From positions 185,816,001 through 185,880,000 of the forward strand of contig NC_086097.1 in assembly GCF_963921235.1 (NCBI RefSeq): 64,000 nt of DNA. Reading direction: 5' to 3'. The DNA is from Mobula hypostoma (lineage: Eukaryota). This document shows, piece by piece, positions 63,545 through 64,000 of this stretch. The stretch's first letter is position 1, and each line of letters opens with the position of its first letter. The notes beneath the pieces were generated by a model, which worked only from the letters and a program-made list of their open reading frames with translations, did no database searches and was not told the DNA's origin. The translations under genes were made by a program, and so were the position numbers.

Positions 63545-64000
63545 CAGAACATTGAATAGTACAGCACATTACAGGCCCTTCGGCCCACAATGTTGTGCTG
63601 ACCCTCAAACCTTGCCTCCCATATAAGCCCCCACCTTAAATTCCTCTATATACCTGTCTAGTAGTCTCTTAAACTTCACTAGTGTATCTGCCTCTACCAC
63701 TGACTCAGGCAGTGCATTCCACGCACCAACCACTCTCTGAGTAAAAAGCTTTCCTCTAATATCCCCCTTGAACTTCCCACCCCTTATCTTAAAGCCATGT
63801 CCTCTTGTCTTGAGCAGTGGTGCCCTGGGGAAGAGGCGCTGGCTATCCACTCTATCTATTCCTCTTAATATCTTGTACATCTCTATCATGTCTCCTCTCA
63901 TCCTCCTTCTCTCCAAAGCCCCAGCTCCCTTAATCTCTGAGCATAATCCATACTCTCTAAACCAGGCAGCATCCTGGTAAATCTCCTCTGTACCCTTTCC
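63545..64000 (-). mobile_element. CR1 LINE 3' part (runs off the window)
   Basis: ORF 63605..63916: RGDMIEMYKILRG..LFTQRVVGAWNALP, plus tail. Confidence 0.92.

Overview
This is eukaryotic, repeat-rich vertebrate DNA. The repeat complement (CR1 LINEs, Penelope-like elements, HE1/V-SINE-like, Rex1/Babar) suggests a cartilaginous fish such as a ray, which is an inference. The only host gene I can support is the 3' half of NECAB1 on the minus strand: six GT-AG coding exons between 56621 and 37423. They splice in frame into the coiled-coil end and the complete C-terminal ABM domain, ending ASWWILNNN*; the 5' exons lie beyond the right edge. The ORF track largely misses these exons. Most of the remaining sequence is transposon-derived: several CR1 subfamilies, a 13.1 kb degenerate full-length BEL/Pao provirus (both LTRs, PPT, AGCCC TSD) inside a five- to six-level nest, a Tx1-like LINE, Rex1/Babar fragments, a 1.45 kb solo LTR, a Gypsy gag-protease relic, Tigger and hAT remnants, and Penelope-like elements. 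The most interesting non-coding signal is a family of minimal type-I hammerhead ribozyme motifs in the Penelope terminal repeats (about 8 copies, most inside NECAB1 introns). Also notable are a Penelope inserted into another Penelope with a 15-bp TSD, and long inverted repeats within the NECAB1 pre-mRNA. I found no clearly novel protein-coding system. All calls were made by eye without searches, and TE boundaries without a stated TSD are approximate.
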